Source of the DNA: Candidatus Omnitrophota bacterium
Lineage (GTDB): Bacteria > Omnitrophota > Gorgyraeia > Gygaellales > Profunditerraquicolaceae
Direction: 5' to 3'
Assembly: GCA_043823435.1 (NCBI GenBank)
Contig: JBDRAV010000002.1
Coordinates: 1-59,754 of the forward strand
Length of the DNA: 59,754 nucleotides
In this document: piece after piece, positions 25,385 through 34,710 of the stretch
Layout of the letters: the number at the start of each line of letters is the position of its first letter
Position numbering within the stretch: position 1 is the stretch's first letter
Made by a program: the position numbers and the translations under genes
The notes under the pieces: generated by a model
The model's database searches: none
Seen by the model: the letters and a program-made list of their open reading frames with translations, nothing else
What the model was told of the DNA's origin: nothing

Positions 25385-26950
25385 ATGAAAAAACATACGG
25401 TATTTGCGGTAATTGCAGGTTTATTTCTCTTTGGCGCAGGGGTTGAATCTTTGGCAGGAGAATTATCTTGGCAGGATATAAGCAGGGAGGTCTTAGATTT
25501 AAAGACGGTTTTGGTGAATCCCGATAATCCGGATAATATTTATATAGGAGCGCATAACGGGATTTTTAAGACAAGCAATGGGGGCGCAGGTTGGAGAAAT
25601 ATCCTTTCCCTAAAGGGCCGGAACCACCAGATAAATTTTTTATCCTTCAACCTTGGCTATAGAAATTCTCTATACGCAGCCACAGGAAACGGACTTTTTT
25701 ATAGTTTTGACGATGGAGAAACCTGGAAGAAGATTTTTAGAGGCAAAAACTATCTTGAGAGTGAATGTACCTGTGTTGTAGCTTTATCAAACCTTATCTA
25801 TCTCGGCACAAAAGGAGGGCTCTTTATAAGCAAGGACAAAGGCCGCACCTGGCATAAGGATAAAGGCGTGCTGGGCAATAGCCCGATCTTGGCCATAGTC
25901 TATAATGCTAAAGATGCGGCATATATTTATGCCGCCTGTTTAAGCGGGGTATTTATAAGTGGAAACCTGGGGCAATCATGGGAGAGGATTTTCGCTGCCC
26001 TGGTTATAGGAGATGTTTCTGAGAAAAAAGAAGCGGCCGAGGAGCGCGATGATGATGAAGAGAGGTCTTTGGGGGTAAGGCATATTGCCTGCGACCCTCA
26101 TAATTTAAATTGTCTTTACTTAGCTACATCCAGAGGAGTTCATAAGAGCTGTGACAGGGGGCGGAGTTGGGAACAGTTTCCCGGTGACGGCCTGCTTAAC
26201 AAAGAAGTAAAATTCCTTCTTTTTTCTAATAATGGTGATTTTTATGCCGTTAGTAAATCAGGAATATTTGAGTATGCGGCTGGCCGTTGGCAGGAATTAT
26301 CGCTTGGCCTGACAGCGCAGGAGATTAGATCCTTGGCCTCAGATAATCAGAATAATTTATATGCCGCCTGCGATAAAGGTCTATTTAAAACAGTATATTC
26401 GGATTATAAGGAAAGAGGAGATCTAATGTCGTTATATTATATGGATATACCGGAGATCAACGAAGTCCAGCAAGCGGCAATTAAGTATGCGCAGGTAGAA
26501 CCGGATAAGATCATCCGATGGAGAAAGCGCGCGGCAAGAAAGGCAATATTGCCGCGGGTTAGCGTAGGTTTGGATAGGAGCGCGACAGACCTGTGGCATT
26601 GGGAGTCAGGGTCGACCACAAAATCAGAAGATGACATATTAAGGAAGGGGCGTGATGCTATAGAATGGGATATATCTTTAAGCTGGGATTTAAGTGAGCT
26701 TATCTGGAACGATGCCCAGACTTCCATTGATGTGCGTTCGAGGTTGATGGTGGAGCTTCGCGATGACATCCTGGATGAGGTAACAAAATTATATTTCGAA
26801 CGCATAAGGGTCAAGATGGAACTGGATAACATATCTATTGAAGATAGAAGAAAGAGATTTGAAAAGGAACTGAAACTAAAGGAACTGACAGCTTTTCTTG
26901 ATGGTCTTACCGGAGGATACTTTTCATCGCACCTGCCTAACCAGAAATAG
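25385..26950 (+). CDS. Secreted BNR/Asp-box beta-propeller protein with a TolC/OEP-like C-terminal segment
   Basis: Signal peptide; repeated S.D.G.TW boxes; QQAAIKYA...ILPRVSVGLD...WDISLSWDL...VTKLYFER. Confidence 0.7.
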   Translation: MKKHTVFAVIAGLFLFGAGVESLAGELSWQDISREVLDLKTVLVNPDNPDNIYIGAHNGIFKTSNGGAGWRNILSLKGRNHQINFLSFNLGYRNSLYAATGNGLFYSFDDGETWKKIFRGKNYLESECTCVVALSNLIYLGTKGGLFISKDKGRTWHKDKGVLGNSPILAIVYNAKDAAYIYAACLSGVFISGNLGQSWERIFAALVIGDVSEKKEAAEERDDDEERSLGVRHIACDPHNLNCLYLATSRGVHKSCDRGRSWEQFPGDGLLNKEVKFLLFSNNGDFYAVSKSGIFEYAAGRWQELSLGLTAQEIRSLASDNQNNLYAACDKGLFKTVYSDYKERGDLMSLYYMDIPEINEVQQAAIKYAQVEPDKIIRWRKRAARKAILPRVSVGLDRSATDLWHWESGSTTKSEDDILRKGRDAIEWDISLSWDLSELIWNDAQTSIDVRSRLMVELRDDILDEVTKLYFERIRVKMELDNISIEDRRKRFEKELKLKELTAFLDGLTGGYFSSHLPNQK

Positions 26951-27007
26951 GGACACCCTTTGCTTTGGTTGCAAAGACGTCCCCCGATTGGGTTTAAAGA
27001 CGTCCCT
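26949..27007. repeat. REP-like cluster, variant subfamily (GGGACAC / AAAGACGTCCC)
   Basis: AGGGACAC at 26949; AAAGACGTCCC at 26973 and 26996. Confidence 0.75.
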
Positions 27008-27017
27008 CTAAATATGC

Positions 27018-27046
27018 TTGAATTTACTCATTTAAAAGTCTATAAT
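27018..27046 (+). promoter_or_regulatory. sigma70 promoter of the moxR operon
   Basis: TTGAAT-17nt-TATAAT. Confidence 0.75.
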
Positions 27047-27086
27047 GTATCAAACAATCCGGTTAATTAAGAAAGGAGCGAAAGGT

Positions 27087-28013
27087 ATGTATAGCGAGAA
27101 CTTAAGAAAGATAATTGAAAATGTTGAGAAGGTCATTGTCGGAAAGACCGAAACGGTTAAGCTTTTGCTTGTCGGGCTTCTCACTAAAGGCCATATTCTA
27201 ATCGAGGATGTCCCCGGACTCGGGAAGACAACTCTTGCTCTTGCTCTGGCAAAATCCATTAGCGCGGATTTTAAAAGGATCCAGTTCACTCCTGACCTCC
27301 TTCCTTCTGACGTATCGGGAGGGTTTGTTTATAACCCCAAAAGCGGAGAATTCGATTTTAAGAAGGGCCCAGTTTTTACAAACATACTTTTAGCCGATGA
27401 AATTAACAGGACTACCCCGCGTACGCAGTCTGCGCTTCTTGAATGTATGCAGGAATATACCGTGTCTTTGGACGGTAAAACATTCGCCCTTCCGAACCCT
27501 TTTATAGTAATCGCTACCCAGAATCCCATAGAATATCAGGGCACATATCCTTTGCCTGAGGCTCAGATAGATAGGTTCGCGATGAAGATAAGTATGGGTT
27601 ATTTGCGTGTTGAGGAAGAAGTGAAGGTCATATCAGGGCAAAAGATGCAGCATCCTATTGAGAGCCTTCAACCGGCTCTGAAACTGGAGGATATCCTTGA
27701 GCTGCAGGAAGAGGTTAAAAAAATACAGGTTTCCCCTAATGTTATGGATTATATTGTAAAGCTCGTTTCCGGCACACGCACGAGAGATGACGTTAAGTTA
27801 GGTGCAAGCCCCAGGGCTTCTATCGCACTGATGAAAGTCAGCTCTGCGTGGGCGCTCCTTGAAGGCAGAGATTATGTTGTCCCCGAAGACGTAGTCACCC
27901 TTTCGCCCTGGGTATTAAAACACAGGATTGTATTGCAGCCCAAGGCCATGATCGCGGGCAAGAATTCTGAACTTGTAATCTCTGACTTATTAAAAAGCAC
28001 GCCTATCCCTTAA
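27087..28013 (+). CDS. moxR: MoxR-family AAA+ ATPase
   Basis: GHILIEDVPGLGKT, RIQFTPDLLPSD, LADEINR, IATQNP, GTYPLPEAQIDRF, GASPRAS; start at ATG 27087 after AAGGAG. Confidence 0.93.
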   Translation: MYSENLRKIIENVEKVIVGKTETVKLLLVGLLTKGHILIEDVPGLGKTTLALALAKSISADFKRIQFTPDLLPSDVSGGFVYNPKSGEFDFKKGPVFTNILLADEINRTTPRTQSALLECMQEYTVSLDGKTFALPNPFIVIATQNPIEYQGTYPLPEAQIDRFAMKISMGYLRVEEEVKVISGQKMQHPIESLQPALKLEDILELQEEVKKIQVSPNVMDYIVKLVSGTRTRDDVKLGASPRASIALMKVSSAWALLEGRDYVVPEDVVTLSPWVLKHRIVLQPKAMIAGKNSELVISDLLKSTPIP

Positions 28014-28021
28014 AAACGAAT

Positions 28022-29257
28022 ATGCTTAAGGTATACTTCAAGAGATGGCTCTTCCTTTTCCTCATTATTATAGCTAACCTGCTTATAGCGCTTCAGACAT
28101 CCATAGAGTTCTTCGCTTTATTTTTCTGGTTTTTGATATCTCTCGTATTCGTGAGCTTGATATGGATTGCCATAGGATACCTCGGAATAAATTTATCTCT
28201 GGCAAGAAGGACCACGACCAAGTTAGAAGAGGATGATACCGTAGAAATAGAAACAATAGTAAGCAATAAGAGCCTCCTGCCGATATTTAATTTTGTCCTG
28301 GAAGATCATCTTACGTGCGCGGCTCCCGGGGAAAGAGAGAGAAGATTTATATTAGAATATATCGGCCCCCGCTCAACAGCCAGCTTAAAATACCGCTGCC
28401 AGTGCCCATTAAGAGGCAGATACGAAATAGGCCCGATCCATATTTATATTTTTGACCCCTGGGGCCTGTTTTTCCTTAAAAAGACATTTTTCTTATATTC
28501 AGAACTTTATGTTTATCCGCGCACATTTAACATCTCCAAGTTTCCTCCCTTGACAAAGGGGACCGCTCCCTGGTTTGGCATAGAGACCGGCCGTGTCAGC
28601 GGCGATGATCACGAATTTTACGGTATCAGGGAGTATAAGCCGGGGGACCCGATAAAGAGGATCCATTGGTTATCCAGTGCCCGAAAGAATAAGTTAATCG
28701 TCAAACAATTTCAACACCAGGTTTTCTTCAGGGCAACGATCATATTCAATTTAAATAAAGAAAGGAACTACGGCGAAGGAAAGGAGAGCGTAGCGGAATA
28801 CATCATAAAGATAGCCGCCTCCGTGGCCAAATATTTTATTGAACGGAATGTCTCCGTAGAGGTTATAGCGCATATAGGAGAGACGGTATATATACCTTTT
28901 AATAAGGGCCCCGAGCATTTAGAAGATGTTCTTAAGCTTCTTACCATAGCTAAAGCGGAAAGCATGGTCAGCCTGAACGAACTCTTTCAGGAATTTTCAT
29001 CCTATATCCCGAACGATTCCAGTTTGATTGTGATAATGCCGGACGAGGATTGGGAGTTTTTGTCTGCAATGATGTCCCTGAAGGTGAGGAATGTCTCGCT
29101 GCTCCCTCTAATATTGAATTCTTCTTCGTTTCTGCGTTCTCCCGATAAACAAGGCATTATAGAATCCCCCGCATTCAAATCTTCGCAGGCATTTGACTCC
29201 GCTCCTATCTTTTTTGCCCGCGGCGATAATTTAGAGCATAATTTTCTCAAATATTAG
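28022..29257 (+). CDS. DUF58 (vWA-like) protein with N-terminal TM helices
   Basis: EFYGIREYKPGDPIKRIHWLSSARKNKLIVKQF. Confidence 0.9.
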   Translation: MLKVYFKRWLFLFLIIIANLLIALQTSIEFFALFFWFLISLVFVSLIWIAIGYLGINLSLARRTTTKLEEDDTVEIETIVSNKSLLPIFNFVLEDHLTCAAPGERERRFILEYIGPRSTASLKYRCQCPLRGRYEIGPIHIYIFDPWGLFFLKKTFFLYSELYVYPRTFNISKFPPLTKGTAPWFGIETGRVSGDDHEFYGIREYKPGDPIKRIHWLSSARKNKLIVKQFQHQVFFRATIIFNLNKERNYGEGKESVAEYIIKIAASVAKYFIERNVSVEVIAHIGETVYIPFNKGPEHLEDVLKLLTIAKAESMVSLNELFQEFSSYIPNDSSLIVIMPDEDWEFLSAMMSLKVRNVSLLPLILNSSSFLRSPDKQGIIESPAFKSSQAFDSAPIFFARGDNLEHNFLKY

Positions 29258-32059
29258 ATGGAAGAAAAAAACCGCTATTTATTATCTGAGCTTTTATTTA
29301 CCTTCCTCCTGATTGAGTCGGTAATCCTTCTCTTCGGAGGCATCCTCTCGCCTTATGGGGTATATTTTTCTATCGGATTGATAGGCGGGCTTTCTTTTAG
29401 CTGGTTCATTCGGGATAAGCAGATCCCATCAACTAAATTAACCGTAAATATCGCTGTTCTGGGAGTTTTTTTCTGGATAATATACTCGCTGTTACATTCA
29501 TCTTTTCTTTACAAAGAAGTCATTGCCATATTTATACAGGGTTTGATTATTATACAGGTTATCTTCAGCTTTAATATCCGCTATACCGGCTTCCTGACAT
29601 ATGTCCAGGCCTTAAGCATCCCTTTGTTCATGTGCTTTCCCATATTTGCAAAGGATTACAATGAGGGGCAGATCATACTGGTCTTGGTTTATATTATTTG
29701 CTGGATAATAATCCTTAAAATAAAATTTTATGAATTTGTTAAAGCGCAAAGGGAGAAGAAGATCAGGCGCTATTTACAGATTGTTATCTCCATGGCCATT
29801 TTCTTAATCATTTTATCTGTTACATGGACCCTTTTTAATTACATAACGCTGGGAGAAATCGCAAAAAGAGGAATATTGTTTGAAGAAAGCATGGGATCGG
29901 AGGCTGAAAAAGATCTTCTGGAGAAAGAATATTATATCTTGCAGGATGAGATCCAGAAAGAAATATTAGGTATAATCCCCGAGCTTGATTTTCATGAGGA
30001 CAAGCAGGAGACCATTATGCTGCTTAGCTCGTTGCTAAAGGATTCGATTTCTGCCATTGAGGTACAGAAGGCCAGGCTCGGCCTTATCAGCCGCATGAAA
30101 GAACCCGGGCCTGGATTAGAAGCGAAGGGCGGGGAAATATCCGCCGCCATCGAGAAGTACATAGAGAGAAAAATTAAATTCAATATGAATAAGACTAGAG
30201 AAGAGATAATGAATAATCTAAAACAGAATAGATTCAACCTTATGGAGATGTTCTCTCTTTCGGATAAAATAAATAAAATGGAGAGTGCCGATTCAAACCA
30301 GAAAATAAAGAAATACGCAAGAGACATTAAGAAAGGCATTGATAATTCTTCCGCGGCAGGTAATGCAGAAAGAGATTTGTGCAAGCTCGCTGACCAGCTT
30401 AAAGAATGGAAAACATACGATGCCTACCGCGAAAAATCAGATTCTTTAAATAAAGAATCCGACTCGCTGCAGGGGAAGTTAAAAGAAAAATTGAGTGACC
30501 TGCTTTCCGATATTAATAATGCGGAGGGAATTTCGGAACTGAAAGATGCCGAAGAGAAGGCCGGAGAATTAGAAGAAACCCTTCTTCTTGCCGGCAAGGA
30601 CGCGATAAATAAGACTAAGGAAATGCTGGAGTCAAAGTCAAAGACGCCCCTTTCGCAAAAAGCTGAGGGATTAAAAAAAGAGAAGGCCGGAGAATTAGAA
30701 GAAACCCTTCTTCTTGCCGGCAAGGACGCGATAAATAAGACTAAGGAAATGCTGGAGTTAAAGTCGGAGATGCTTCTTTCGCAAAAAGCCGCGGAATTAA
30801 AAAAAGAAATAGATGACCTTAAATTGCCAGAAGATTACCGGGAGGAATTAAAAGAAAAGGTAGGCAGCATTAAAGACGCCATGGATTATCGCGAGTTCTC
30901 GGGAAGCGTATCGAAATACCGCGAAAAGATAAGGGAAGGCAAGATAAGCGTTCCCGAGAAGACAGAGGGGTTATTGGAAACAAAAGCCCATCTTCTTTTT
31001 AATGCAAAGAAAGATGAGATCAGAAAAGAATTGGAGAAAAGTAAGTTACCCGACAAGGGCAAAGAATTTATGAATGACTTAGAAAAGCTGGAGGATGAGA
31101 ATAGCAGAGAGAAGTTAATCGCTGATACCGAGAAATTGAAAGAGAATATAAAAGAATTTTCAGAGCAGGGTTTCATTTCAAATGAATCCAACAATAAATT
31201 AATGGAGGATATGGAGAAGATTAAGGATATTCTTTTATCTAAGATGGAGGCAGGAAATAAATACCTGCAGTCCCAAAGAGACGAAGAAAAAAGCATGGGC
31301 GATTACCAGAAGGAGCTGGAGGAACTAATTGAGAAATCCTCCCTGAATGAAGAAAAAAAAGAAACGTTAAGACAGCTCGCGCAGGCATTAAAGAGGGCGC
31401 AGAGTATTTCTCAGATTGATAATATCAAGGAAGCGGCGGAAAGCGAAATCAAAGATTTACCTACCGATAAAACAAAACAGGAAGATATAGAAATAATTAA
31501 AGAGGCCTTTAATACCTCTATTGAAATCAAGAGGATTTTTATGACAGAGAAGGTCATTTCTGCCTTAAGAGAAAAGACGGAAGATTTGCGGAAGGTAAGC
31601 CCTAAGGTCGCAGAAATAATCCGGGGGGATTTAGAGAAGATAGCAGAGAGCCGCACCGAGAAGGAATTAAAGAAACGGATAGATATTCTCAAGAAGGATG
31701 CGGATTCGCAAAATCAGGAAAAAGAGGAGAAATCGGAAGAGATAAAAAGAGGGGCCGTTGACATATCCATCCTGCCCGCCCGCCCAGTCATCCCTTTGGG
31801 TTCTTCGGTTTCTTTAAGGGTAATAGCCGTTTACAATAAGACATTAATCAAAGAGCTCGGCCCGCAAGTACAATGGTTCTCTTCAGAGCCTTATGTTGCC
31901 TGGGTGGATGAAGCAGGCATAATCCATACTTTAGCCAAAGGAAAGACGCAAATATACGTTAAATACGCTGGGCAAGAGAGCGAAAAGATAGAAGTTACGG
32001 TTGTAGACAATATAGATGAACAGATAAGCAAAGCGGTGGAAAGAGAATCAATAAGATAG
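29258..32059 (+). CDS. Multi-TM N-terminus (DUF3488-like), long charged helical region, C-terminal Big_2-like Ig domain
   Basis: About 6 TM helices in the first 200 aa; E/K-rich helical region of about 600 aa; ISILPARPVIPLG...VQWFSSEP..AWVDEAGIIHTLAKGKTQI. Confidence 0.7.
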   Translation: MEEKNRYLLSELLFTFLLIESVILLFGGILSPYGVYFSIGLIGGLSFSWFIRDKQIPSTKLTVNIAVLGVFFWIIYSLLHSSFLYKEVIAIFIQGLIIIQVIFSFNIRYTGFLTYVQALSIPLFMCFPIFAKDYNEGQIILVLVYIICWIIILKIKFYEFVKAQREKKIRRYLQIVISMAIFLIILSVTWTLFNYITLGEIAKRGILFEESMGSEAEKDLLEKEYYILQDEIQKEILGIIPELDFHEDKQETIMLLSSLLKDSISAIEVQKARLGLISRMKEPGPGLEAKGGEISAAIEKYIERKIKFNMNKTREEIMNNLKQNRFNLMEMFSLSDKINKMESADSNQKIKKYARDIKKGIDNSSAAGNAERDLCKLADQLKEWKTYDAYREKSDSLNKESDSLQGKLKEKLSDLLSDINNAEGISELKDAEEKAGELEETLLLAGKDAINKTKEMLESKSKTPLSQKAEGLKKEKAGELEETLLLAGKDAINKTKEMLELKSEMLLSQKAAELKKEIDDLKLPEDYREELKEKVGSIKDAMDYREFSGSVSKYREKIREGKISVPEKTEGLLETKAHLLFNAKKDEIRKELEKSKLPDKGKEFMNDLEKLEDENSREKLIADTEKLKENIKEFSEQGFISNESNNKLMEDMEKIKDILLSKMEAGNKYLQSQRDEEKSMGDYQKELEELIEKSSLNEEKKETLRQLAQALKRAQSISQIDNIKEAAESEIKDLPTDKTKQEDIEIIKEAFNTSIEIKRIFMTEKVISALREKTEDLRKVSPKVAEIIRGDLEKIAESRTEKELKKRIDILKKDADSQNQEKEEKSEEIKRGAVDISILPARPVIPLGSSVSLRVIAVYNKTLIKELGPQVQWFSSEPYVAWVDEAGIIHTLAKGKTQIYVKYAGQESEKIEVTVVDNIDEQISKAVERESIR
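30554..30805 (+). repeat. In-frame 126-nt tandem duplication (42 aa x2)
   Basis: 81 nt identical (30552-30632 versus 30678-30758); remainder of the unit diverged. Confidence 0.9.
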
Positions 32060-32072
32060 GTCGGGATATTGC

Positions 32073-34241
32073 ATGAAAACAAAGCTTTTTCTTTTAACCT
32101 GTTTCTTATTTTTATTATTACTCTGTCCTTTATATAATTTCGCGGAGCCCGAGTATCGCGAACTAAACACTTCTGCCGGTAAGGTTATTGTCGGTCTGGA
32201 CAGAGAGGGGGCGCTGGAAAAATTTGGCCTCCCTGCCCAGGCGAGTGAGCGCCTCTGGTATTATTCTTCCCCTGAGAGCTTATTTGTTCTTTTTTTCAGC
32301 CAGTCATTTTCGAAGATTTACCTTTACCCCCAGCATCCCCATGGTTCACCGGGTATGCCTTTGGAGTTTCGGGCATTCGGATACCAGTCCGATATGAAAT
32401 TAAGAGATATTACTCAAGATGTGCGGTTATTGATAGACAGGCCAAAAGATTTTATTCTGGGCAAAGGTGGCGTTATAATTCCCAGGAAGGCGGGCGAGTA
32501 TCAGGTATTGGCTAAATATAAGAATATTTTCAGTAATTCTGCCTATATCAAAATAGAAGAATCACTGGAAAGAGAAACAAAAAAAGAGGAATTGATAAGC
32601 ATAAAAATCTTACCTTATAGGCCGGTAATCCCTTATCAGGGCCAATTAGATTTTATGGCGTTAGGGGTATTTCGGGACAGCTCGGGGAGATATACTATAA
32701 GGGATATAACCCGCAAGGCGAAATGGTACGTTAAGCAGGACAAAGAGATAATAAAGAACAAGGACAATAAGTTGTTCGGCCTATCTCTCGGGAAAGCGGA
32801 GCTCTTTTGCAGATACCTAAATTTGGACAGCTATCCTATGGAAGTTTACGTGCAAGAGCAGATCAGCGCATTTAACCAGACCCTTAAGCATATTATGCTT
32901 ATGCCCGAATTGATCTTAGCTGCTTTGGGGAAGAATATAGATTTCAAGGTATTCGCAACGTACAGGAATAACAGTATAGAAGATATAACTCATAAAGTAA
33001 CATGGGAAATCAGTAATAAAAATACGCTGACTTTGATGAAAGGTGGGGAGTTTACGGCAAAGGACATAGGGATTGCCGAAGTAACCGCGGCACTGTACGG
33101 TCTAAAGAGCGGATCGGCAAAAGTAATTGTTGTAGATAAGCAGAAGCAGGCGTTTTTAACTTCGCCTCCGGAAAGCAAGATTAATCCTAAAAGATTATCC
33201 CATGATATTCAAAAGGAAGCAGAAAAGTTAAAAGAGGACTTAGCCAAAGAAGAAAAGAAGTTAACGCTTATAAAAATAACCCCTGATGCCCTTGAGATTT
33301 CGCTCGGCGAGACAAGGGAAGTTAAGGCGTTAGGGATTTATAGCGATAAGTCTGAGGAAGACTTAACACATCTCGGAGAGTGGTCGAGCTCAGACGACAA
33401 GATCGTTAAGGTAGCAGGCGGTAAAATCGGTACTTTCTTGCAAGGCGAGGCGATGATCTATATAAAGTTCAAAGACATAAAGAGCATGCCCGCGGTAGTA
33501 AAGGTGGGAGGGCCTAAATTAGTTTCGATAATTCTTTCGCCGCAAAATTTGCGGATCTCTATGGAAGATAAAACGGATTTTAAGGCAGAAGGATATTTTA
33601 GCGATTCCTCACGCAAGGAGATAACTTCGCTAGTCACCTGGGAATTTAGCAGGCTCGGGATAATCATGATAAAAGAAGATAAAATAATCCCGTTGAAATT
33701 CGGAAAAACCGAGGTCTTTGCCGAATATTCGGGAATAAAAAGCCTCCCAGCAAACATTACTATTATTATTACGATAGGCTGGGTAATGCATATGATTATG
33801 AAGTGGGCGGTTTTCTTATTTTTAGGTATAACGGTGATGTTTATCGCTTTATATGTTTTGACCGAGAAGAAAAAGCGTTATCTGCGCAGTTTCTTGGATA
33901 AAAGCCCCAAGGATTTTGTAATTAATCTCTTTGAGAACATAAAAGGCATATTAGGTATTTTTAATGTGAGCCATAAAGAATGGATGACTCCTTTTTCTTA
34001 TGCCGAAAGGGTCCAGAAGAAGTATTCCATAGAAGGTAATATTTTCTTAAATTTTATCGAGAAATTTGAAGAGGCTAAATACAGTAACCATTCCCTTTCG
34101 CCAGAAGATGCAACCAGGGCTTTAAGCGATTACAACGATTTACTGAAGACCATGCTTGGCCGCCATAATAAGGTTTTGTTGTTTTTTAAATACTGCCTGA
34201 CCCTTTTGCATCGCAGGCCGCTTTTAATACCCAATCCGTGA
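32073..34241 (+). CDS. Exported protein with five Big_2-like Ig domains, a TM helix and a DUF4129-like C-terminus
   Basis: Signal peptide; five I.[IL].P...(G)....A.G.Y.D....D[IL]T..V.W-type units; TM WAVFLFLGITVMFIALYVL; MTPFSYAERV...FEEAKYS. Confidence 0.75.
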   Translation: MKTKLFLLTCFLFLLLLCPLYNFAEPEYRELNTSAGKVIVGLDREGALEKFGLPAQASERLWYYSSPESLFVLFFSQSFSKIYLYPQHPHGSPGMPLEFRAFGYQSDMKLRDITQDVRLLIDRPKDFILGKGGVIIPRKAGEYQVLAKYKNIFSNSAYIKIEESLERETKKEELISIKILPYRPVIPYQGQLDFMALGVFRDSSGRYTIRDITRKAKWYVKQDKEIIKNKDNKLFGLSLGKAELFCRYLNLDSYPMEVYVQEQISAFNQTLKHIMLMPELILAALGKNIDFKVFATYRNNSIEDITHKVTWEISNKNTLTLMKGGEFTAKDIGIAEVTAALYGLKSGSAKVIVVDKQKQAFLTSPPESKINPKRLSHDIQKEAEKLKEDLAKEEKKLTLIKITPDALEISLGETREVKALGIYSDKSEEDLTHLGEWSSSDDKIVKVAGGKIGTFLQGEAMIYIKFKDIKSMPAVVKVGGPKLVSIILSPQNLRISMEDKTDFKAEGYFSDSSRKEITSLVTWEFSRLGIIMIKEDKIIPLKFGKTEVFAEYSGIKSLPANITIIITIGWVMHMIMKWAVFLFLGITVMFIALYVLTEKKKRYLRSFLDKSPKDFVINLFENIKGILGIFNVSHKEWMTPFSYAERVQKKYSIEGNIFLNFIEKFEEAKYSNHSLSPEDATRALSDYNDLLKTMLGRHNKVLLFFKYCLTLLHRRPLLIPNP

Positions 34242-34335
34242 TCTTTACCCGAAATCGCTTGCATTTAAATTATATTTATGATAATTTATAACTCTATTAA
34301 TCTAATATAATTCGTTATTAATAGAAGAATTTAGT

Positions 34336-34656
34336 ATGGTGTTAATCCATTTTACGGACAGCAACTTTAAAAAGGAAGTCCTTGAGTCTGACCTCCCGGT
34401 ACTTGTTGATTTCTGGGCAAGCTGGTGTGGCCCCTGCCGCATGATCGCGCCTATTATCGAAGAATTAGCCGGCGAATACGAACAGAGGGTAAAAATAGGC
34501 AAGATAGATATCGATCAGAACCCGAAGACTCCTACGCACTACGGCGTAATGTCAATACCCACGCTAATGTTTTTTAAGGAAGGTCGTGTCCTAGGGCAGT
34601 TCGTCGGAGCATTAAGCAAGGCCGAGTTAAAGAGAAAGATCGAAGAGGGCCTTTGA
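34336..34656 (+). CDS. trxA: Thioredoxin
   Basis: VDFWASWCGPC, VMSIPTL. Confidence 0.96.
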   Translation: MVLIHFTDSNFKKEVLESDLPVLVDFWASWCGPCRMIAPIIEELAGEYEQRVKIGKIDIDQNPKTPTHYGVMSIPTLMFFKEGRVLGQFVGALSKAELKRKIEEGL

Positions 34657-34710
34657 TGAGCTCCGTCCCTCCTGATAGGGCCGGGTAAAGATTAAGAAAG
34701 GAAGAGCGGG

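Noticed and set aside
27045-27086. Longer moxR start
   Set aside because: That ATG overlaps the -10 box (27041-27046); the RBS supports 27087
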